DNA of 60,079 bases from an uncultured Candidatus Saccharibacteria bacterium (GTDB taxonomy: Bacteria > Patescibacteriota > Saccharimonadia > Saccharimonadales > Saccharimonadaceae), in the NCBI GenBank assembly GCA_964402915.1, contig CAYODV010000001.1:1-60079 (forward strand). The letters run 5' to 3'. Position numbers and translations under genes: made by a program. Below, one piece after another: positions 29,047-37,703 of the stretch (position 1 is its first letter; every line of letters starts with the position of its first letter). The notes under the pieces are model-generated. The model saw nothing but the letters and a program-made list of their open reading frames with translations. It was not told where the DNA came from and ran no database searches.

Positions 29047-30414
29047 TTATTTTTCGCGGCGGTCGCCGTAGTAACCACCATAATAACTATAATAATGGCC
29101 GACTTTTTTATCGATGTCGTTTAAGACTACGCCGGCGATTTTGGCTTCAACTTTTTCGAGAGCCTCTTTGGTGGAGGCAAGGGCAGAGCAGGGCGTTTTG
29201 CCGTTTTTGGCAACGATAATGGTGGCGTCGGTTAAAGTGGACATGATGATTGGGTCGGCGACGGCGCCGCAAGGAGCGGAGTCGAAGATAACGAGGTCGT
29301 AATCTTTGCCGAGAGCTCTAACGAGGTCTTTGTTTTTCTCGGACGAGAGAAGTTCCGCAGGGTTCGGAACGGAGGTGCCGCGAGTGAGAAGCGAAAGATT
29401 TTCGATGTCGGTGTCTTGAATGTATTCTTTGCGGTTTTTGAGGTAGTCCGCCAATAGGTTAGTGAGGCCAATGGAATTGGTTTTGTTGAACAGGCGGTGT
29501 TGGCGGCCTTTTCTGAGGTCGCAGTCCACAAGGAGAACTTTTTGTCCAGCCTGCGCAAAGGAGGCGGCGAGGTTGGCGGCGACAAAACTTTTGCCTTCGC
29601 CGGCGACAGAGCTGGTGACGTGGATGGTTCTGATTTTTTTATCGACGGAAGTGAACTGGAGGTTGGTGCGAAGTGAACGAATGGATTCGCTGACGATGGA
29701 CTTGGGATATTTCTTGACGATGAGTTCAGTGTCGGCGTTTTTAATTTTAATGTCGCTTCTGACGACTTTACCGACGACAGGAAGCTTGATGGTTTCTTCT
29801 AGGTTGTCGCTGTATTTGACAGTGTCGTCAAAGTAATAGATGATGAAGGCGATGCCGGTGACCGCGAATAGCGAAACAACGATAGCGAGGGCGAGGTCGC
29901 GAAGAGTGGTGTTGTTAGAAGGTTTTTCGGGAGTTTCGGCGGTTTCGAGAATGGCGACGTTGTCGAGGGTTTTGATGAGGTCGGTTTTAGTGGTGAAGAC
30001 GTTGGCAACGGTGTTAGCGATGCGAGCGGCGCGTTCGGGGCTGGCGTCGGTGGCGGTGATTTTAAGGATGGTAGTGTCGGTGATGGTGGAGACTTTGATG
30101 TTTTTGGCGAGGACATCCGGAGTGATGGTCATGCCAAGTTCAGAGATGACCTGTTCAAGCACGACTTTGCTTTTTGCGATGACGGAGTAGGTACTGGTAA
30201 GCTTTTGGTTGGCGTTGATTTCGCTCAAAGTAGCGGCGGCGCTAGAGGAGTCGGATTGAAGCAGGGCGACTTGGGAAGAGGCTTCGTAGAGTGGAGTCTT
30301 GACAGAAGTGTCATAATATAGCACACCAAGCAGTGCAATAATCGGGACGACAATGAGGGCCCAAAGATATTTTTTGAGGTAAGACAAGAAGTCTTTTAAG
30401 TCTAACTCTTCCAT
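29047..30414 (-). CDS. Fused chain-length regulator/BY-kinase (CpsC-CpsD)
   Basis: Wzz-like 2-TM N-terminus; ESIRSLRTNL, GEGKS, VDCDLR, DSAP; C-terminal Tyr cluster YYSYYGGYYG. Confidence 0.93.
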   Translation of the reverse strand: MEELDLKDFLSYLKKYLWALIVVPIIALLGVLYYDTSVKTPLYEASSQVALLQSDSSSAAATLSEINANQKLTSTYSVIAKSKVVLEQVISELGMTITPDVLAKNIKVSTITDTTILKITATDASPERAARIANTVANVFTTKTDLIKTLDNVAILETAETPEKPSNNTTLRDLALAIVVSLFAVTGIAFIIYYFDDTVKYSDNLEETIKLPVVGKVVRSDIKIKNADTELIVKKYPKSIVSESIRSLRTNLQFTSVDKKIRTIHVTSSVAGEGKSFVAANLAASFAQAGQKVLLVDCDLRKGRQHRLFNKTNSIGLTNLLADYLKNRKEYIQDTDIENLSLLTRGTSVPNPAELLSSEKNKDLVRALGKDYDLVIFDSAPCGAVADPIIMSTLTDATIIVAKNGKTPCSALASTKEALEKVEAKIAGVVLNDIDKKVGHYYSYYGGYYGDRREK

Positions 30415-30460
30415 GTTCTCTTTATTTTATCATAAGTTGGCGTATTCGTCAATAATATGC

Positions 30461-30587
30461 GCTCGCTTGCAGGGAAATGCGCTTTTGCGGAGGCGCGTTC
30501 CTCGCTCCCGTCGTCACGGGGCTCGGCCGCTAATCCTCGGCCGTTGCCTCCGGACCCTCCGCAGAAAGCGCACTTTCCCTCGCTCGC
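30461..30587. repeat. 127-bp structured repeat, copy A (spans the stop codon of the LCP gene)
   Basis: 62-nt core matches 35938-36064 at 58 of 62 positions; identical termini; long imperfect stem. Confidence 0.9.
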
Positions 30588-31696
30588 TGTTCCTCTTCGA
30601 GCTCCGCTTTAGTTTTGAGGTACTCCGTGATTTTGGCCTGGGCGGTGGCGACGGTGGCATCGTTTGGGATCATGACGTAAAGGTTTTGGCCGGGGATGGA
30701 GTAAGTTGGGAGCATAGAGCCATAGCCGTCAAGACTGATAGATTCGACGCTCCAGCTGGGGCCGGAGAAGAGTTGGTATTTAATCATGTCAATGATTTCT
30801 GCGTAGGTGAAACTGGTTTCAAAGAGGCCGTCGGCGGCGCGGAGGATTTCGGGGAGCTTTAAGATATAGGCGGGCGAGGTGACTTTTTCGAGGATTTTGG
30901 AGATGACTTGTTGCTGGTTCTGGCCGCGATGGCGGTCGCCAGTGGCGTAAGAGTAGCGTTCGCGAGAGAAGGCGAGGGCGCAAGTGCCGTCAACGTGCTG
31001 GGTGGTGTTGGCGGGAAAAATGCATTTGCCACTGGAGAGCCGGAGGTCTTGGTCAGAGTAAATGTCGATGCCGCCGATGGCGTCGACGATGGTCTTGAGG
31101 GCGTCGAAGCCGACCTTAACGGTGTGGTCGACATGGACGTTTAGGAGGTCTTCAAGAGTTTGTTTGCTCATGTCAACGCCGTAGATGCCGGCGTGAGTGA
31201 GCTTGTCGCGGAGGCCGGTGGTGCCGTGAAGTTGGACGTAGTAGTCGCGCGGGGTGTTGATGAGGAGGATTTTGCCGGTGATGGGGTTGACGACGGCGAT
31301 AATATTGGCGTCGGAGCGGGCGGAAGTGTCTTGGACGGAGGTGCGGGAGTCGGAGCCAGAGATGTAGACGACGATGGGCGTGGTGCCGAAGTTGATTTTT
31401 TCTTCTTCGGGTTCATCAGGTTGTTGTTCGCTGGTTTCTTCTTTGGTTGCGCCCTTAATAAAATCCGTGAAGGCGCCGTAGTAGCGGAAGAACATGAAGG
31501 CCGGGGCGGCGACGAGAACGAGAGTGACGATGGCGGAGATGAGGATGGGGCGCTTGGTGGGTTGGTGTTCTTTTTTGACTTTGGCGGTTTTTTTAGGTTT
31601 CGCTTTAGATTTTTCTAGTTTGGTGGTTTCGCGGTCTAAAATGATTTCGATTTTGTCAATCGAGTCAACTTCAGTTTTTGCTAACTTTTTTCCCAT
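30530..31696 (-). CDS. LytR-CpsA-Psr (LCP) family glycopolymer transferase
   Basis: TM helix, SGSDSR, RSDAN, PRDYYV, DKLTHAG, FSRERY, GDRHRGQNQQ; start ATG 31696 after TTGACT-17-TACCAT. Confidence 0.93.
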   Translation of the reverse strand: MGKKLAKTEVDSIDKIEIILDRETTKLEKSKAKPKKTAKVKKEHQPTKRPILISAIVTLVLVAAPAFMFFRYYGAFTDFIKGATKEETSEQQPDEPEEEKINFGTTPIVVYISGSDSRTSVQDTSARSDANIIAVVNPITGKILLINTPRDYYVQLHGTTGLRDKLTHAGIYGVDMSKQTLEDLLNVHVDHTVKVGFDALKTIVDAIGGIDIYSDQDLRLSSGKCIFPANTTQHVDGTCALAFSRERYSYATGDRHRGQNQQQVISKILEKVTSPAYILKLPEILRAADGLFETSFTYAEIIDMIKYQLFSGPSWSVESISLDGYGSMLPTYSIPGQNLYVMIPNDATVATAQAKITEYLKTKAELEEEQRARESALSAEGPEATAED

Positions 31697-31873
31697 GTTG
31701 TCAAATATGGTAGCATATTCGGCAGTTTTAGTCAATTTTATCAGGTGCGCTTCCCTCTCGCCTGAGTCTTCGTTATGAATAGGAGGACTTAAAAGAAAGT
31801 TCGAACTTTGCGAGTTTATACAACCAATATAATCACATCGTTATATATTTATATAGTCCTTTTGGAAGACCCA

Positions 31874-31898
31874 GGCGACAGAGAAGCTCTGTCGTTTG
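31874..31898. terminator. Stem-loop after FISUMP gene
   Basis: GGCGACAGAG-AAG-CTCTGTCGTT. Confidence 0.55.
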
Positions 31899-31906
31899 TT
31901 AATTTG

Positions 31907-34456
31907 CTAATCGCGGGCGACGCAGCGGATAGAGAAACCACCTAATTTCGAGTCAGCGCCAGTATAGTAGCCGTCGGTACGTAGGAATAATAATCTTTCT
32001 TGGGCATATGTGTTCGTCCCACTCTCATGGTAGTAAGCACTTTTTCCTCTTCGTCTTAGACCGCCAATCGATTGGTTATAATATCCTGGAAGATTCAATG
32101 AAGTTGGTAGTTTAATAGCTTCAACTATTGCCTGGCGGTTACTTTGAGCGTATTCGCCATAACGAAGTGCAGGTTCTATAACGTTCGCGAAGTATTGACG
32201 AAACGATTTACCGTCTTGGTCCGCATTGTTGGGAAGTTGCCAGCCTTTTGGGCAGATCGAGTCGCTCGCATAACTACTTCCTCCCATATTGAACTTCCCA
32301 CTTTCCGCCGTGGCAGAAAACCAGTTATAATACGTTCCATAGTACATACTTCCGCGCATGGTGAAGGTTTCGTCATCCGCATCCGTAATCAAAGAAGATC
32401 TTCTAGTTTCGTCGATTGTTAGTCCGTCGGTCGATTGCTCAATTTGGGTTGCAATACCGTCTTCATTTCCGGCCTCTCCTTGCATTTGGCATGAGCTACC
32501 ACCTTCATCCGATACGGTAGCTTCATTGTTAATGCATCGGTCTTCGTCTTTAACTTTTGCAGAACCGGTTATGTAGGCTAATCCATTACTGTACGAACGT
32601 GCAAATTCGACATTCTCGTTCGAGGCGGCAGTTATTTCCGAGCAAGCGGTACCATTCCCGCCTAGAGGGCCGGTTCCTTCTACGCAATAAGAGTACCATC
32701 TTAAACTGCCGCCAAAAAAGAGACGGCTCTGGAATTGATACAGCTCCGTAGATAATGACCCCGCAGCGCTTTCCTCAAAGAATTGAGATTTCGTCCGCAA
32801 CTTCTCACCCGGATCCCAATATACTCTAGAATTAATATCGGTATTTTTGTTAGTTAAATCTTCCGTCCCTGCGAAGTCGGCTAAATCCAAATCTAAGTTC
32901 TGCACCATCCAACAGTTCCCGTCGGCCAATCTTCTTACAAGATAGTCTTTTCGATCACGGGTATCCACCAAGTCAAATGTCCCTAGCCCGACTGCGGCTG
33001 AACTAGAGGCGCTATTTGCGAGTTGAGCGCCATTATTTTCGCCGGAATTATCATAGATTCTGGCATCTGCTCCAACCCCACTCCCCCACATATTCGTGTT
33101 CTTGCATATTCCGCCAGTCATTTCTTGCATTTTTGTGACGTAGGTGTCGCCATCATCATCTACAGATTGGAGGCCGGCGTAGACGAAGCTAGGAGCGTCG
33201 CCGGCGTCTACTTTGGAGACGTAAGTAGCGTTGATGTTGTCGATAGTGAGCCAAAAGTCGTAAGTGCTATCACTTAGAGTAGTTTTGTCCATGTCGGCAG
33301 GATCCTTTTCTGGGAGAGTGCAGGAGATTTCTGCTTTGTCGGAAATGGCGAGGGAGCTAGCGGTAACTATACATTGGTTGTTACTAGCCGTGTAGGTAGT
33401 GATTTGTTCGGAGGTGAAATTAGCGGGATTGTAATTTGCGGCGACCATTGCAGTGTGTGGGACTAAGTAGATAGCGATATTGTCTTCTGCGACGAAGCCG
33501 CTATTATTGCTGGTTAGGTCGAAGATTAAGGTCTGGGTGTCACCAGTGCCACCGAGAGCTTTACTTCTAATCAAATTTTCTGAGACAGAGTCGATATTAG
33601 TGGCGGAAGCAAGGGCGGTGTAGACAATTTGGTTTTTATATTCGCCAGAAAGAGTATCGGTGTCGACGTTAATGGCGAAGTAGATGTCAAAATCATCACC
33701 ATCAGAAAAGCCGGTGGCGCCATGGGTCGTGTTTTTCCAGATTTGTTGAGGGGCAGATAAAGCCGGGACGGCAGCCCAGAGACTATCACTATAGGCTGCT
33801 CCGCCACCGCCTTCGCCAGTGCCGGCAATGAGATTAGTATTGAGCTTACCGGAGAAGAGGGTGTTAATGCCGGAGCGAGTGAGCGTAGAGAAAACGGAGG
33901 CTGTAGAGCCATCACTCTTAGTGATGGTGGTTTCTGGGACCATATAACCCCAGCCGGTCTGGCCATTAGAAATAATCGTGATGGGAGCATCCCAAGTACC
34001 AGAAGTGGCGGGGATGTTCATTCGTGTGTCAGTATTACCATCATAAGTATAGTTGAGATTTTGGTCGGAGGAGGACATGGAGAGATAAACACTATAGTAT
34101 CTACCCGGAGTAGTAACGCCTAAGGTTTTCTTAGTGATGACCATCGTGCCGTAGTTATCGCCAGATTTGCTGGTGGGGATGATAGAGCCAAAGTCAATGT
34201 CGCCATGACCAGTGTCGCCGATTTGTGAGCCAGAGGCGCCAGAAGAGCTCTCATATTCTTCCGTGGCATCGACGTCTGGGTCAAAAGTGAGACTAATCGC
34301 ATTCCAAGTGACCTGGGCGGAGAGATTGGTGGTGGCGGAGGCTTCGGAGATTAAAGTGGGAATGAGGACGAAAGCTAATGAGAAGACCGCCAGAGCTCCG
34401 ATAGAAGCTTCTAGTAGCTGGCGGTATGTGTTTCTGGGTTTGATTAGTTTTTGCAT
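31907..34456 (-). CDS. Exported protein with C-terminal FISUMP (Fibrobacter succinogenes major paralogous) domain
   Basis: 849 aa from ATG 34456 with AAGGAGG RBS; D.RD.K.Y, CWMVQNL, YYNW, SICPKGWQLP, GFSIRCV motifs. Confidence 0.85.
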   Translation of the reverse strand: MQKLIKPRNTYRQLLEASIGALAVFSLAFVLIPTLISEASATTNLSAQVTWNAISLTFDPDVDATEEYESSSGASGSQIGDTGHGDIDFGSIIPTSKSGDNYGTMVITKKTLGVTTPGRYYSVYLSMSSSDQNLNYTYDGNTDTRMNIPATSGTWDAPITIISNGQTGWGYMVPETTITKSDGSTASVFSTLTRSGINTLFSGKLNTNLIAGTGEGGGGAAYSDSLWAAVPALSAPQQIWKNTTHGATGFSDGDDFDIYFAINVDTDTLSGEYKNQIVYTALASATNIDSVSENLIRSKALGGTGDTQTLIFDLTSNNSGFVAEDNIAIYLVPHTAMVAANYNPANFTSEQITTYTASNNQCIVTASSLAISDKAEISCTLPEKDPADMDKTTLSDSTYDFWLTIDNINATYVSKVDAGDAPSFVYAGLQSVDDDGDTYVTKMQEMTGGICKNTNMWGSGVGADARIYDNSGENNGAQLANSASSSAAVGLGTFDLVDTRDRKDYLVRRLADGNCWMVQNLDLDLADFAGTEDLTNKNTDINSRVYWDPGEKLRTKSQFFEESAAGSLSTELYQFQSRLFFGGSLRWYSYCVEGTGPLGGNGTACSEITAASNENVEFARSYSNGLAYITGSAKVKDEDRCINNEATVSDEGGSSCQMQGEAGNEDGIATQIEQSTDGLTIDETRRSSLITDADDETFTMRGSMYYGTYYNWFSATAESGKFNMGGSSYASDSICPKGWQLPNNADQDGKSFRQYFANVIEPALRYGEYAQSNRQAIVEAIKLPTSLNLPGYYNQSIGGLRRRGKSAYYHESGTNTYAQERLLFLRTDGYYTGADSKLGGFSIRCVARD

Positions 34457-34459
34457 AGT

Positions 34460-34690
34460 CCTCCTTGTGGTTTCTTTTTCCTCAAGGATGACAGTTTTAT
34501 AAAAAACTGGCACCATTGAGGCTCGAAACACAATGAGCACTTGCCGCTTAAGAAACAGTAAGCACCACTGTACCCCAATAGTACCAGTTTAATACTTGCT
34601 ATTTCTTAACAAGGCAGAATGCCTATCTCTGCGTTATTCAAAGTGCGGCTTTTTCTTTATCAGAATCAGCTCATTGTGTTTCGATTTATG
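34460..34690 (-). promoter_or_regulatory. Structured ~230-nt 5' leader of FISUMP gene
   Basis: TGaTAAAAT at 34704-34696; 16-bp perfect inverted repeat 34523-34538/34669-34684 enclosing nested stems. Confidence 0.65.
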
Positions 34691-34774
34691 GTTTTATTTT
34701 ATCACGCTTCGGTTTTGCGCGAAAGACTAGATTTTTGAGAAAGAAATGTTTTAATATTATTTTTATGGTTATGA

Positions 34775-34803
34775 TTGCATCGTGAGCTCAGGTTTGATAA
34801 GAT
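34775..34803 (+). promoter_or_regulatory. Sigma70-type promoter
   Basis: TTGCAT-17 bp-TAAGAT with extended TG. Confidence 0.6.
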
Positions 34804-34933
34804 GATGGAGTGTTGTACTTTAGGAGGTTAGTGAGCCATTTATCCACAAGCCACTCTCAGGTTTGCGGTTCGAGAGGGGCTCATTAAGAAGGTTTTATTC
34901 TAGGCGAAACCAGAGCCGCCGGAAAGGAGCGTT

Positions 34934-35020
34934 ATGTTCCAAATTGGCATAGTGATTGTCAACAAGGGCGAGCGCAAAGACAAGGCAGGTAGCCCAAAGA
35001 AAAAAGATGACCGGCGTTAA
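34934..35020 (+). CDS. 28-aa peptide MFQIGIVIVNKGERKDKAGSPKKKDDRR
   Basis: AAAGGAG RBS 4 nt before ATG; downstream of the 34775 promoter; below ORF-track cutoff. Confidence 0.55.
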   Translation: MFQIGIVIVNKGERKDKAGSPKKKDDRR

Positions 35021-35069
35021 CCGGTAATCTTATTCAACACATCGAGATGTTTCTAGAGCATCTCTTTAT
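34997..35069 (-). ncRNA. Candidate antisense RNA to the 28-aa peptide
   Basis: TGaTATAAT at 35084-35076; hairpin 35044-35064; terminator AAGATTACCGG-TTAACG-CCGGTCATCTT plus U-run. Confidence 0.55.
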
Positions 35070-35125
35070 GTTTTGATTATATCATACTTGCAACTAAAAA
35101 AGAAGCCCCCTTGTGGGAGCTATTT

Positions 35126-36553
35126 TTATTCTGTGGTTTTATCGGGCTTATTCGCCTTGTCGTCGCGGAAGGAGAACATGATAGGGGTGCCGACGAAGGG
35201 GTAGGCTTCGCGGAGTTTGTTTTCCAAAAAACGTTTCCAAGACCAGTGGAGGGTCGAGAGGCCGTGGCCATGGACGACGAACCAGGGCGGGCAAGTGTCG
35301 GTTTGGACGATATATTTGGGCTTGGGTCGAGTATTCTTGAGGCCGGCGGGGGCGTGCTCCAAGATGGCTTGGTTTAAGACTCTGTTGAGGTCGGAAGTCT
35401 TTAGCTCGGTGCGGCGAGCTTCGTCGATTTCCATGGCGAGGTCAAAGAGTTTGGTGACATTCGCACCGGTTTCCGAGCTGGTCAGAAGGACGGGCACGAA
35501 GGGGAGGAAGTTAAAGTCATATTCGAGGCCGTCGAGAATTTTTTGGATTTCTTCTGATGATTTAAGGTCGGTCTTAGTGAGAACGACGACGATGCCTTTG
35601 CCGGCTTCGACGATTTGGCCAGCCAAGCTTTGATCGAGCTTGGAGTGTGGCTCGGTGGCGTCGACGAGGAGAGCGCAGATGTCGGATTCCTCGATGGCGG
35701 CGAGGGTGCGGAGGGCGGAGAATTTTTCTATTCCGACTTCGCGGTGGCCAGGTTTTCTGAGGCCGGCGGTGTCGAGGATTTCTAGGTCGCGACCTTTGAA
35801 TTTGACGTTGATGCGGTTGACGTCGCGAGTGGTGCCCTGGCGGCTACTGACGAGAGCTTGTTGTTTTTTAGCTAGGCTATTGAAGAGGCTGGATTTACCG
35901 ACATTCGGACGGCCGATAAGAGCGATACGTATTAGCTGCTCGCTTGCGGTCGAATTCGCTTTCGTGCGAGCGCGTTCGTCGCGCCCGTCGTCACGGGGCT
36001 CCGCCGCTACTCCTCGGCCGTTGCCTCCGGACCTCGCACGAGAAGCGAAATTCTCCCCGCTCGCGGACAGCACACTTTGTATTGCTCCTTTCAAATCGCG
36101 AATTCCCTGACCGGTCGTGGCGGAGACTTTGAAGGTCTGGTCGGGTTTGATGCCGAGGCTGCGGAATTCGTAAATGTCTAGTGAGTTTCCTAAATCACTT
36201 TTATTCAAAACTAAGAAGACTGGTTTTTTGGATTTGAGTGCCATTTTAGCGATACGTTTGTCTTTTTCTGACGGGTAGAGTGAAGAGTCGAGCGTGAGGA
36301 GAATGAGGTCGGCGCTGTCGATGGCGTCCATGATTTGGTCTTGGATGCTGGCCTCAAAGTCGTCGGTAGCGTCTTTTAGCCCAGCGGTGTCCACCATCAA
36401 AAATCTGTCGTCAATGCGTGCGGTGACGGAGTCACGCGTGGTGCCGGCTTCGCGGGCGACGATGGCGATGTTTTTATGCGCAAAGCGGTTCAAGAGGCTG
36501 GATTTTCCAGCGTTGGTTTGGCCGACGAGCGCGACGATGGGCAAAGATTTCAT
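35126..36553 (-). CDS. der: Ribosome biogenesis GTPase Der (EngA) with ~42-aa repeat-derived insertion in the linker
   Basis: Two G domains (GQTNAGKSS, GTTRD, DTAG; GRPNVGKSS, GTTRD, DTAG) and KH-like C-terminus; start ATG 36553. Confidence 0.96.
   Translation of the reverse strand: MKSLPIVALVGQTNAGKSSLLNRFAHKNIAIVAREAGTTRDSVTARIDDRFLMVDTAGLKDATDDFEASIQDQIMDAIDSADLILLTLDSSLYPSEKDKRIAKMALKSKKPVFLVLNKSDLGNSLDIYEFRSLGIKPDQTFKVSATTGQGIRDLKGAIQSVLSASGENFASRARSGGNGRGVAAEPRDDGRDERARTKANSTASEQLIRIALIGRPNVGKSSLFNSLAKKQQALVSSRQGTTRDVNRINVKFKGRDLEILDTAGLRKPGHREVGIEKFSALRTLAAIEESDICALLVDATEPHSKLDQSLAGQIVEAGKGIVVVLTKTDLKSSEEIQKILDGLEYDFNFLPFVPVLLTSSETGANVTKLFDLAMEIDEARRTELKTSDLNRVLNQAILEHAPAGLKNTRPKPKYIVQTDTCPPWFVVHGHGLSTLHWSWKRFLENKLREAYPFVGTPIMFSFRDDKANKPDKTTE
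35938..36064. repeat. 127-bp structured repeat, copy B (in-frame inside der)
   Basis: Matches copy A in core and termini; reads ASGENFASRARSGGNGRGVAAEPRDDGRDERARTKANSTASE in Der. Confidence 0.9.
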
Positions 36554-36593
36554 GCTATATATTATAACATAAATGCGGCAATAGTGAAAGTGG

Positions 36594-36812
36594 TTATAAT
36601 TCGATGATTTTGGTGCGGGAGGTGGCGCCGGACTTGATACAGATGGTGGTTTTGGGGACATCAAAATAGTCAGCGAGGAGTTTGATGAGGGCGGTGTTAG
36701 CTTCGCCATCGTGAGCGCGGGCGCGGATATATATAATATATGTGCCGTCGGGCTGTTTTTCTATTTTATCGCCCTGTTTGGAGCCGGGCTTGACTTTGGC
36801 GGTGATAATCAT
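36594..36812 (-). CDS. DUF167/YggU family protein
   Basis: VKPGSK, A.DGEAN.ALI.LLA.YF.V, I.SG.TSR.K. Confidence 0.9.
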   Translation of the reverse strand: MIITAKVKPGSKQGDKIEKQPDGTYIIYIRARAHDGEANTALIKLLADYFDVPKTTICIKSGATSRTKIIEL

Positions 36813-36824
36813 GAAATGATTATA

Positions 36825-37631
36825 TCACGACTGGTCTTTTTGGGATTGGAGGAGATAGCCGTAACGGAAGACGTAGACAAAAGCAATGATGATTGCGGCG
36901 TAGACAATAGAGACGATATCAAAGGATGCGCGATAGTCCGGAATAACGAGCGTAGAGATGAGTTTTGCGACGTTGTCTAAAATCAGTTTGATGATGATAA
37001 ACTTAGCAATTTTTTTGAGGCTTATAGTGTTTTCTAGCGAGAAAGGAGATGTATCGTCGTGAATACGTTTGAAAAAGCGCTCAACTTCAAGAAGGATTTT
37101 GAAAACATAAATTGAAGAGGTAAGATAAAGACCCGTGATGACAAAAACGGCAAAGACCTTCGGTAGGGCGGTCGAGCTAAAGAAATCGGCAAATTGGATT
37201 TCGCCAAGTATCGTCCAGTTTGAGGCGCCATCAAAAATCCAGTTAAGCAGCGTATATTGCATGACATAAACACTAGCAACGATGGCGGCGATATTTAAAA
37301 TGAGCGAAAGGATGCGGACGATTCGAACAGTAATGTAAATAGCTTTGGAGATTTTTTTGAGACGACGACGGTCTTTCTCGTTTAGATCGACGAGGTTTTT
37401 TCTGGTTTCTGCGTCGAAATCTTTGAATTCTTTAGAGTTTATGTCGATGAGGTCGGTGATTTTGCAATGGAAAATTTTGCAGAGGGCGAGGATGTTGGCC
37501 ATTTCTGGGTAGGCTTCGCCGGTCTCCCATTTAGAAACGGATTGGCGCGAGACGCCGACTTTCTGCGCAAGTTTTTCTTGTGAGAGGTGGTTGAGTTTTC
37601 TGAGGGTTTGTAGGTTTTCTTTGAAAGTCAT
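36825..37631 (-). CDS. XRE HTH regulator fused to DUF2975-like membrane domain
   Basis: LSQEKLAQKVGVSRQSVSKWETGEAYP; TM region with SPFS.EN and FRYGYLLQ. Confidence 0.85.
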   Translation of the reverse strand: MTFKENLQTLRKLNHLSQEKLAQKVGVSRQSVSKWETGEAYPEMANILALCKIFHCKITDLIDINSKEFKDFDAETRKNLVDLNEKDRRRLKKISKAIYITVRIVRILSLILNIAAIVASVYVMQYTLLNWIFDGASNWTILGEIQFADFFSSTALPKVFAVFVITGLYLTSSIYVFKILLEVERFFKRIHDDTSPFSLENTISLKKIAKFIIIKLILDNVAKLISTLVIPDYRASFDIVSIVYAAIIIAFVYVFRYGYLLQSQKDQS

Positions 37632-37703
37632 TTTGTACTCCTTCCCTTTATTCTAGTTCAAAATGATGCGTTTTTCTACCAACTTTCGGTTGCGGAGGCA
37701 GTT

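Noticed and set aside
31907-32100. FISUMP C-terminus as a diversity-generating retroelement target
   Set aside because: No template repeat with adenine-specific differences and no reverse transcriptase in the window
34523-34684. Retron msr-msd, suggested by terminal inverted repeats around a long stem
   Set aside because: No reverse transcriptase adjacent; downstream gene is an exported protein
34840-34848. Perfect DnaA box TTATCCACA as an origin signal
   Set aside because: Single copy, no dnaA/dnaN context
34831-34887. 18-aa upstream ORF after AGGAGG
   Set aside because: SD to GTG spacing only 3 nt and the ORF lies within a hairpin; better explained as leader structure
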